Assembly (NCBI GenBank): GCA_013288325.1
Contig: JABDCB010000004.1
Span: 4,485 to 68,484 of the forward strand
Direction of reading: 5' to 3'
DNA from: Bacteroidota bacterium
GTDB lineage: Bacteria; Bacteroidota; Bacteroidia; Palsa-965
Length of the DNA: 64,000 bases
Under the pieces are notes generated by a model, which saw only the letters and a program-made list of their open reading frames with translations, did not search any database and was not told the DNA's origin. Positions 18,902 through 26,012 of the stretch are shown piece by piece (position 1 is the first letter of the stretch; each line of letters starts with the position of its first letter). Made by a program: the position numbers and the translations under genes.

Positions 18902-20836
18902 ATGATAAAAAAGTTACTCTTCTTCTTTTCTTTGTTGCCTGTTTTCCTGTCGGCCCAGCAGGAGAGCCCGGAAACGGTACAATGTTCTCTTATTGAAGCC
19001 GAAATGAAAGCCCATATGGCTTTGCATCAGGCCGCTTCTGTAGGATTTCTGAATGATTATAACCTCATTTATCACCGTTGCGAATGGTCTGTTGATCCCG
19101 CAGTTAATTTCATCCAGGGCGCTATCACCTCCTATTTTAAACCTACCGTAAACGGATTCACCCAGGTTCATTTTGATATGAGTGATTCGTTGAGGGCCGA
19201 CTCTGTGCTATATCATGGAATGCCCATCACTATCCAGCATAGCAACAATATTCTTTGTATCAATCTGCCTGCTGTAGTGCCTTTGAATCAGACCGATTCG
19301 CTTTGTGTGTATTATCATGGCGTTCCTCCGGCAACAGGCTTCGGTTCTTTTTATCAGGGAACACATGCCGGCGCACCGGTTATCTGGACCCTATCAGAAC
19401 CTTATGGCGCCCGCGACTGGTGGCCAAGCAAACAAAATCTGATTGATAAAATTGATTCCCTCGATGTATTTGTAACATGCCCTTTGGGAAATCTGGTTGC
19501 CGGTAATGGTACATTGGTATCGGACATTACAAACGGAAGCAACAAAACAGTTCACTGGAAAACCAGATACCCCATTGCCGCTTACCTCGTTGCCATTGCC
19601 GTTACCAATTACGTTTCCTATTCTAATTACATACATCTGAATTCGGGACCAGATTCGATGCAGATATTGAATTATGTTTATCCAGAAGATCTCGCTCTGG
19701 CACAAAGCAGCACTCCTCAGATCATTAAAACAATTGCTTTGTACGACAGCCTCACCATTACCTATCCGTTTAGCCGTGAAAAATACGGTCATGCCGAATT
19801 CGGCTGGGGTGGTGGTATGGAACATCAGACGATGAGTTATGTAGGTGGTTTTTCCAATGTGCTTATTTCACACGAATGTGCACATCAATGGTTTGGCGAT
19901 AGGGTTACATTAGCCAGCTGGCATGATATATGGCTCAATGAAGGCTTTGCCACGTATTTTGAAGCCCTCACAGAAGAACGTTACTTTCCTCAAAACTGGC
20001 TTAACTGGAAAAAAAGCACCACTACCGATGCCATGAATTCACCTAACGGATCGGTATGGGTAGATGATACCACCAGCGTGCCTCGTATATTCAGTGGAAG
20101 TCTCAGCTATTCAAAAGGATCGTACCTGTTGCATATGCTACGTTGGAAGCTGGGAGATCAGCTTTTCTTCCGTTCCTTACAAAACTATCTGAACGATACC
20201 ACCCTGGCTTATCGCTATGCACATACTTCGGATTTGCAACGGCATTTGGAAAATACCAGCGGACAAAATCTCAGCAATTTCTTTACCCAATGGTTTTATG
20301 GCAAAGGATTTCCAAGCTATCAGGTTACCTGGGGACAAACGGGACATACCCTCAGCATCACCCTGGGTCAAACCCAGAGCGACCCGTCCGTAGCGTTCTT
20401 TGAAATGCCTGTACCTATTGAATTTACCGGAGAAGGGCATGATACCACGCTTGTTCTCAATCACACCTATTCGGGACAGGTATTCACCGCCAATCTGAAT
20501 TTCATTGCGGAATATGCATTTTTCGATCCCGATCTGCATATTCTTTCCGGAAACAATAAAGTGCAAACCATACAGAGCCCGGGAGCTATGGCTTCTCTGT
20601 TCAGTTTATATCCCAATCCTGCCTCCGGCAGTATGCAGGTACTGAATATGAATCCATCTAATCCGGTTAGCAGCATAGAACTCTATGGTATTCCAGGCAA
20701 TGTAATCCGCTCCTGGCAGGTATCAGGAAATCAAAACCTCAACAGCATCGATCTCACCGGTATTGCATGCGGCTTATATGAACTGAGGATAAAAACCGAT
20801 CTCGGTTTTGTGGTGAAAAAGCTGGAAGTAAAATAA
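18902..20836 (+). CDS. M1-family zinc aminopeptidase with T9SS C-terminal sorting domain
   Basis: HECAHQWFG...WLNEGFATY (HExxH-18-E), signal peptide, and a C-terminal ~80 aa (LYPNPASGSM...VVKKLEVK) typical of T9SS cargo. Confidence 0.9.
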   Translation: MIKKLLFFFSLLPVFLSAQQESPETVQCSLIEAEMKAHMALHQAASVGFLNDYNLIYHRCEWSVDPAVNFIQGAITSYFKPTVNGFTQVHFDMSDSLRADSVLYHGMPITIQHSNNILCINLPAVVPLNQTDSLCVYYHGVPPATGFGSFYQGTHAGAPVIWTLSEPYGARDWWPSKQNLIDKIDSLDVFVTCPLGNLVAGNGTLVSDITNGSNKTVHWKTRYPIAAYLVAIAVTNYVSYSNYIHLNSGPDSMQILNYVYPEDLALAQSSTPQIIKTIALYDSLTITYPFSREKYGHAEFGWGGGMEHQTMSYVGGFSNVLISHECAHQWFGDRVTLASWHDIWLNEGFATYFEALTEERYFPQNWLNWKKSTTTDAMNSPNGSVWVDDTTSVPRIFSGSLSYSKGSYLLHMLRWKLGDQLFFRSLQNYLNDTTLAYRYAHTSDLQRHLENTSGQNLSNFFTQWFYGKGFPSYQVTWGQTGHTLSITLGQTQSDPSVAFFEMPVPIEFTGEGHDTTLVLNHTYSGQVFTANLNFIAEYAFFDPDLHILSGNNKVQTIQSPGAMASLFSLYPNPASGSMQVLNMNPSNPVSSIELYGIPGNVIRSWQVSGNQNLNSIDLTGIACGLYELRIKTDLGFVVKKLEVK

Positions 20837-20851
20837 ACAACGCATAGTAAT

Positions 20852-20890
20852 GAAAAAGGAAAACCCTGCTACAGGATCTGTGCAGGGTTT
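20852..20890 (-). terminator. intrinsic terminator downstream of the tRNA-Leu pair, possibly bidirectional for the peptidase gene
   Basis: AACCCTGC (20862-20869) pairs with GCAGGGTT (20882-20889) around a 12-nt loop. On the minus strand the hairpin is followed by TTCCTTTTTC. Confidence 0.55.
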
Positions 20891-20897
20891 GGTGGTG

Positions 20898-20981
20898 TGC
20901 CCGAGGAGAGACTCGAACTCTCAAGGATATAACTCCAACGGCTTCTGAGACCGCAACGTTTACCAATTTCGCCACCCGGGC
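20898..20981 (-). tRNA. tRNA-Leu (anticodon CAG), type II with long variable arm, no encoded CCA
   Basis: The reverse complement folds by hand. Acceptor GCCCGGG/CTCGGGC; anticodon loop CTCAGAA; T-arm GAGAG-TTCGAGT-CTCTC; variable stem GGA/TCC. The discriminator A is followed by CAC. Confidence 0.88.
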
Positions 20982-21024
20982 TTAATAAATTCTAAATCAC
21001 AATTTTAAAATCCTAAATTCTTCT

Positions 21025-21107
21025 TGGTGCCCAGGACGAGACTCGAACTCGTACGGTTGCCCGCCACCCCCTCAAGATGGTGCGTCTGCCAATTTCGCCA
21101 CCTGGGC
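21025..21107 (-). tRNA. tRNA-Leu (anticodon GAG), type II, CCA encoded
   Basis: Acceptor GCCCAGG/CCTGGGC; anticodon stem CCATC/GGTGG with loop TTGAGGG; T-arm ACGAG-TTCGAGT-CTCGT; 3' ACCA. Confidence 0.9.
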
Positions 21108-21124
21108 CTAAAAATTTAGGATTG

Positions 21125-21132
21125 CAAAGATA
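21125..21132 (-). promoter_or_regulatory. -7 promoter box (TATCTTTG on the minus strand) for the tRNA-Leu pair
   Basis: Exact TAnnTTTG match 18 nt upstream of the tRNA 5' end. Confidence 0.4.
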
Positions 21133-21275
21133 TATCTTTTTCCGATTTTATACATAAATTCTATGTTTTAAGGCTTTTGAAGGGTTTTATGGTCAAAAAT
21201 CAACTTCTGCTCTGACTTTTGTCATTTTTTTCCGTCCTCCGGCTACTGAACTTTGTATAAACAAATTCAAAAGCC

Positions 21276-21461
21276 ATGAAAAGCAAACTGCCAGTTTATA
21301 TTATTGGACTCATCCTTATTGCTGTTCCATTTAAAATAGCATTCTTGACTCCTTCTTCCTCTTTCTTTGTCAATATTGCCTCTTTTCTGTCGGTTCTTAC
21401 CGGCTTTTTGGTGATACTTCTAGGTGGTGCCAGCGATGGTCAGGAACATGAACATTCTTAG
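21276..21461 (+). CDS. possible small two-helix membrane protein
   Basis: 61-aa ORF with two hydrophobic segments and an acidic/His tail (SDGQEHEHS). No other support. Confidence 0.3.
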   Translation: MKSKLPVYIIGLILIAVPFKIAFLTPSSSFFVNIASFLSVLTGFLVILLGGASDGQEHEHS

Positions 21462-21612
21462 GAGTTTTCTTCCTCATTTATTACCAATCAGCTGATTTAC
21501 AAGCACAAGTAATTGTGCTAAAGATATAGTTGATTTGAGTATCCTGTTCGTTTCTCTGATGCTTTATCATGGAATAACAGATTCCTCATCTACCATTCCG
21601 CCATTCTGAGGA

Positions 21613-21822
21613 ATTTCCGGGCATAGTAGTACAACTGCTAAGCATTCGTATACGATTACTAAGTATTTTCATACGACTGCCAGGTTTTCTATTCCCACTT
21701 CTAAATATTCTGATACCACTCCAAGGCTTTTCATTTCAACTGCCAGGCATTCATATACCACTACCTCGCGGATCAATACAACTACCTCGACTTCTTATAC
21801 AACTGCTTCGCATTCCGTTACC
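21613..21822. repeat. tandem array of a degenerate 21-bp unit (9 clear copies plus 1 degenerate), consensus about ACTGCYAAGCATTCNTATACC
   Basis: Copies start at 21634, 21655, 21676, 21697, 21718, 21739, 21760, 21781 and 21802. Eight begin ACT and one ATT; most end ATAC(N). A weaker copy lies at 21613-21633. The phase is strictly 21 bp with no spacers. Confidence 0.9.
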
Positions 21823-22053
21823 ATCTGTGTAAATAGCATCCATATCCGGTAAGAAACGGTTTGTGTTGCAAGGAATTTCTGGCAGAATTGTAAAGCAAAA
21901 GGTATGCCTTTTACCCGAGCCTCTTATGAATGTGTAAAAGGAACAGAGATCTATATCTTACACGCCCTCCTTCACTTTCCAACTGTTCAAAATTTGATAT
22001 ATTTACGTTGATTATTCAACCCTTTCATACTAATCCGCAAACCCTAAATCCCT

Positions 22054-23106
22054 TTGTCGCAGGTAAATGAAGATCTGATACGGAGAGTTTTTGAGGAAAT
22101 GGTCAAACACAAACCTGCTCTTGCCAAATATCTGGCAGCAGATGAAGATGACCCTTCCGAAACGGTGGATACCCGTGTCCTGGCGGATATGATTATCAAA
22201 CATTTTCCATGGCCCATAGGCGTGGAGCTGAGAAGATTATTCTCCGGTTCCATGCGTCAGCTGGACAGGGGCCGTCTGGATCAGCTTTTTAAAACGATAG
22301 AACGGACCATTCAGTTTCTCAGCTTTGTGATGCTGGCTCAGCTGTGGGAAGAGAAAATAAAACGAAAATTTGATTTCCCCAAGGAGTATGCTTCCCAGTT
22401 CAAGAATAGGATTTCAGTCCTTTCTCTTGGTAATTATACCTGGTTGATACGTGCCACGGGCAATCTGTTTGAATCGCTGGAGATAGACCCTTTCATGCCC
22501 GAAATGAAAGAGATGCTTCACAAAAAATTGTATGAAGCTCTTGATTTCTGGGTACCGGAGCGAAATGAAATCGGGCATTACCAGATTAATCTGACGGATG
22601 AAGAAATACAAAAACGCTGTGTAGAATATGAGGATAAGCTCACGTTTATTCTTCAAAACATTTCGTTTATCGTAAAGTATAAACTGGTTACCATCCGCGA
22701 AATCAAAGTACTGAAACAAAAACACAAAGAGCCCCGCTTTAACCATATCATGGATCTGTTGAATAATTCCGATTCGGATTTTAAAGCCACGGAAATGCAG
22801 CACGATGTTTTTGCCGATAGCAACTCGGTATTGCTCATGAAAGATTTTAAGGTGCCGGAAGAATTTTTGAATCTGAGTCCACTGATCATTGATACCCGTC
22901 CCGAAATAATCGATTCTAAAGAGAAATTCAATCTCAAGAAAGATATTTTCATGTACACCAAATTCAGCAATGATAAGCTGATGTATGTGGGTACGGAGGT
23001 GACGGAGAAATGTGACCTCAGTTATCTGAGCAATTATCCCGTCCTGGTAGAGCAGTTCAAAGAATTGCTTACCGCTTTTGCTGCACCTGAAACGATCAAT
23101 TCCTAA
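22054..23106 (+). CDS. hypothetical protein with HEPN-like Rx4H motif (helical N-half, mixed C-half); first gene of the STAND module
   Basis: 350-aa ORF. ERNEIGHY at residues 169-176 (nt 22558-22581; the RNEIGH core is residues 170-175, nt 22561-22578) fits the HEPN RNxxxH pattern. The stop lies 5 nt before the next start. Start uncertain (TTG 22054 or ATG 22099). Confidence 0.78.
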   Translation: MSQVNEDLIRRVFEEMVKHKPALAKYLAADEDDPSETVDTRVLADMIIKHFPWPIGVELRRLFSGSMRQLDRGRLDQLFKTIERTIQFLSFVMLAQLWEEKIKRKFDFPKEYASQFKNRISVLSLGNYTWLIRATGNLFESLEIDPFMPEMKEMLHKKLYEALDFWVPERNEIGHYQINLTDEEIQKRCVEYEDKLTFILQNISFIVKYKLVTIREIKVLKQKHKEPRFNHIMDLLNNSDSDFKATEMQHDVFADSNSVLLMKDFKVPEEFLNLSPLIIDTRPEIIDSKEKFNLKKDIFMYTKFSNDKLMYVGTEVTEKCDLSYLSNYPVLVEQFKELLTAFAAPETINS

Positions 23107-23111
23107 GCATC

Positions 23112-26000
23112 ATGCAGGGCAGCCCGTTCAAGTTTCTGGATAGCTTTACAAAGGAAGACAAGGATATTTTCTTCGGGCGCGACCGGGAAATAGAAGAAAT
23201 CTATTCCCGTGTTTTCCAAAGCAACCTTTTGCTTGTATACGGTGCTTCGGGAACGGGTAAAACAAGTCTTATCCAATGTGGTCTGGCCAATAAGTTTAAT
23301 GATTCCGACTGGCTTCCTATTCTCATCCGCCGCGGAAGCAATATACTTACATCCATACGGGCTCAGCTGGAGCATCTGGCCATTACACCCATTAAAGAAG
23401 GGGCTTCGTTAAAAAAGTCGATCGAGTCCCTTTATCTGGATCATTTCAAACCGGTATATCTCATATTTGATCAGCTGGAAGAGCTTTTTATTTTCGGATC
23501 CCCGGACGAGATCGGCGGTTTTGTGACGGAAGTAGCAAAGATTTTAAAGTCCGATTTGCAGTGTAAATTCATTTTCATTATCCGCGGCGAATACCTCGAA
23601 CACCTGAGTGTATTTGAAGAAAAGGTTCCCGAATTTTTCAGCAACCGGATACGGATTGAAAAGATGACACGTCTGCACGCCGCAGAAGCCATTACAGGTC
23701 CTTGCCGTAAAGCAAACATTGGTCTTGATCCAGGGTTTGAATTGAATTTTCTGGAGATGCTTTGTCCCGGCAAAGCCGAAGTGGAACTCACCTACCTCCA
23801 GGTTTTTCTCGATAAGCTGTATAAGAAAGCTGTTCAGAAAAATGCGGCCCATCCTGTTTTTACCAATGGACTGTTAAAAGAAACGGGACAGATCAGCGAC
23901 GTGCTATCCGATTTCCTGGAAGAACAGATAGCACGTATCCCCGACTCGGAAGCTGCACTGGCGGTGCTGAAAAGCTTTGTATCCATGGAGGGTACAAAAC
24001 GACAGGTTGATATAGAGGAGATTGAAAAGTTTGTAAGAACACTGGGCAAACAGCTGCCTCTGGAAACCATAGAAAAGCTGGTGCACCAGTTTGTGGATCT
24101 ACGCATTTTACGTGATAAGGATGAGTCGGGCAAATATGAGTTACGTCACGATTCCCTGGCGGTAAAGATCTATGAAAAGATTACCCTGGTTGAAAAAGAT
24201 CTGATAGAGGTGAAAACGCTGATTGAAAATGCGTATTCCAATTATCTGAAGCGACATATTCTCATTCATGAAAGCGATCTGGCCTATATAGCACCTTATG
24301 AGCGCAATCTATTTTTAAGCGAGAAGCTGCAGCAGTTTCTGGATGATAGTAAACGTGCTTCTACGCAGACAAAAAGACGCAGACGACTTGCCTTATTTAT
24401 CGTAACTGGTGTGGCATTTGCGGTACTGAGTGGTTTTACCATCTGGGCCATGAGCGAACGGACCCATGCCATGGAACAAAGCCATGAAGCGGAGAAACAA
24501 AAAATGCTGGCTGAGCAGGAAAAGAATGAAGCCCTCCGATCTAAAGATGAAGCAGTAAAGGCCAATGAGCAGGTGATGCAGGAAAAACTGATTGCGGAGA
24601 AAAATGAGCAGTCGGCATTGGCTGCCAAACAACTGGCCGACAAGGCCAAACAGCAAGCCATGACTGCCATGAATGAGGCGGAAAGAGAAAAAGGGAACGC
24701 CATGTCTCAATCCGAGATTGCAAAAAAAGAAGCATTGAATGCAGAAGCTCAGAAAGAGATAGCCAAAAAAGAAAAAACAAAAGCTGAAGAGTCGGAGAAA
24801 AAAGCACGAAAAAGTTTTGTGCTTTCACTGGCTCAGGGCATAGCCCTGAAGACTCCCCTCTATAAAAATGATCTTCAGCTGGAAGCATTATTAGCTTATC
24901 AGGCTTACAAACTGAATAAAGACAATAACGGACCTGCTCAGGATCCGGTGATCTTTGATGCCTTAAGATCCGCGTTGGGAGCTCCTGACAAACAAAAAGT
25001 AAATCCGGACATAGGGTTTGTACAAACCAATGAATTCATAGCCCTGCAGGAAAGAAACGATACCCTTGTATATGCTGCCCGAAGCGGTTTCATATTCGGA
25101 GTGGATAAAAACAAGCCTTCTTCCTTTACCATCGCAAAGTTGCTGAGCTATCGCTTTTCAATCGATAAACTCTTTTTTAATGCCACAGGCAATTATATAG
25201 TGAGCTCGCATGTAAACAACAGTCTTTGTTTATGGACCCAGCAGCTTCACAATACCGCTCCCGCCTTTCAGGAGTTAACCGGGCATAAAGGTCTTGTCAG
25301 ATCTCTGGCATTCAATACCCGTTCCGATCTTTTTGCAAGCGGAGGAAAAGACAGCCTGCTTATTATCTGGTCCTTACAATCCGGAAAAGCTGCACAGCTC
25401 AAAACAATTAAATTGAATGCTGCCGTCAAGAAACTGGTTTTCTCGAAAGATGAAAGTCAGCTCTTTTGTCTGCTCGAAAACGGCACGATACAACAACTGG
25501 ATCTGAAAACATATACCTATATCCCCTACCCGTACGCAGGCACATCCAAACCGATGGAGATCGCATTGAACCGGAAGAAAAACAAATTGTTGCTTGGACT
25601 GGCCAATGGAAATTTGTGGTCGGAAGATCTGGATACCCACACGCATAGTGATTACAGAGCCCATTTGAGTGGCATTGATTTCCTGGTATTCAATAAAGAT
25701 TACAGTATGCTGGCATCAGCGGGATCGGATCGTACCCTTAAAATTTATGATGCCGATAACCTGGAAAGCAGTCCTATCTCGATTAAGGATCTTCATTCCA
25801 AAGCAAGGGCCATTATATTTACCACCGGCAACCAGCTTTTTGTAGCCTGTGCCGATATCAAAAGCTATCTGATAGAAACATCTTGCGACAGGATGGCTGC
25901 ATCCATTTATCAAACGCTGAAAAGGAATATGACTCAGGACGAGTGGGCTAAGTTTTGTAAAGATGTGACGTATGAAAAAACAAGACCAGATCTGCCTTAA
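23112..26000 (+). CDS. STAND-type P-loop NTPase (nSTAND/NACHT-like) with single TM helix, coiled coil and WD40 repeats
   Basis: N-terminal PFKFLDSFTKEDKDIFFGRDREI; Walker A GASGTGKTS; Walker B VYLIFDQLEE; YELRHDSLA; KRRRR plus a TM helix; K/E/A/Q coiled coil; WD40 blades (LTGHKGLVRSLAF...GGKDSLLIIWSL and AHLSGIDFLVF...AGSDRTLKIYD). Confidence 0.9.
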   Translation: MQGSPFKFLDSFTKEDKDIFFGRDREIEEIYSRVFQSNLLLVYGASGTGKTSLIQCGLANKFNDSDWLPILIRRGSNILTSIRAQLEHLAITPIKEGASLKKSIESLYLDHFKPVYLIFDQLEELFIFGSPDEIGGFVTEVAKILKSDLQCKFIFIIRGEYLEHLSVFEEKVPEFFSNRIRIEKMTRLHAAEAITGPCRKANIGLDPGFELNFLEMLCPGKAEVELTYLQVFLDKLYKKAVQKNAAHPVFTNGLLKETGQISDVLSDFLEEQIARIPDSEAALAVLKSFVSMEGTKRQVDIEEIEKFVRTLGKQLPLETIEKLVHQFVDLRILRDKDESGKYELRHDSLAVKIYEKITLVEKDLIEVKTLIENAYSNYLKRHILIHESDLAYIAPYERNLFLSEKLQQFLDDSKRASTQTKRRRRLALFIVTGVAFAVLSGFTIWAMSERTHAMEQSHEAEKQKMLAEQEKNEALRSKDEAVKANEQVMQEKLIAEKNEQSALAAKQLADKAKQQAMTAMNEAEREKGNAMSQSEIAKKEALNAEAQKEIAKKEKTKAEESEKKARKSFVLSLAQGIALKTPLYKNDLQLEALLAYQAYKLNKDNNGPAQDPVIFDALRSALGAPDKQKVNPDIGFVQTNEFIALQERNDTLVYAARSGFIFGVDKNKPSSFTIAKLLSYRFSIDKLFFNATGNYIVSSHVNNSLCLWTQQLHNTAPAFQELTGHKGLVRSLAFNTRSDLFASGGKDSLLIIWSLQSGKAAQLKTIKLNAAVKKLVFSKDESQLFCLLENGTIQQLDLKTYTYIPYPYAGTSKPMEIALNRKKNKLLLGLANGNLWSEDLDTHTHSDYRAHLSGIDFLVFNKDYSMLASAGSDRTLKIYDADNLESSPISIKDLHSKARAIIFTTGNQLFVACADIKSYLIETSCDRMAASIYQTLKRNMTQDEWAKFCKDVTYEKTRPDLP
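23241..23267 (+). other. Walker A P-loop of the STAND NTPase
   Basis: GASGTGKTS, codons checked against the nucleotide sequence. Confidence 0.9.
24387..24452 (+). other. single predicted transmembrane helix of the STAND NTPase
   Basis: LALFIVTGVAFAVLSGFTIWAM, preceded by KRRRR. The positive-inside rule places the NTPase in the cytoplasm. Confidence 0.75.
25029..25886 (+). other. WD40 beta-propeller region of the STAND NTPase
   Basis: Repeated GH...(S/A)(G/A)(G/S)xD..(I/L)..(W/Y)(D/S) blade signatures. Boundaries approximate. Confidence 0.7.
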
Positions 26001-26012
26001 ATCAATAACCGC

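Noticed and set aside
21613-21822. CRISPR array
   Set aside because: The repeats are directly abutting with no unique spacers, the unit is only 21 bp and degenerate, and no cas genes are present.
21578-21852. Two forward reading frames are stop-free across the 21-bp repeat array. They would give heptad-like repeats: T-A-K/R-H-S-Y-T in one frame and L-L/P-x-I/F-x-I-x in the other.
   Set aside because: Neither frame has an ATG, GTG or TTG start upstream of the array. Each opens right after an in-frame stop (TGA 21607-21609 and TAA 21575-21577). Stop-free frames are expected by chance in a short repeated unit. At best this is a decayed gene remnant.
24450-24821. Possible nucleotide-level tandem repeat in the coiled-coil region (EIAKKE occurs twice)
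   Set aside because: Only short compositional similarity with no consistent period. It is explained by the amino-acid bias of a coiled coil.
24296-24888. Three overlapping minus-strand ORFs (135, 105 and 115 aa) inside the NTPase gene
   Set aside because: They lie antisense to the K/E/A/Q coiled-coil segment. Low-complexity GAA/AAA/GCN-rich coding sequence generates long stop-free antisense frames. Their translations are Ser/Phe/Leu/Cys-rich nonsense.
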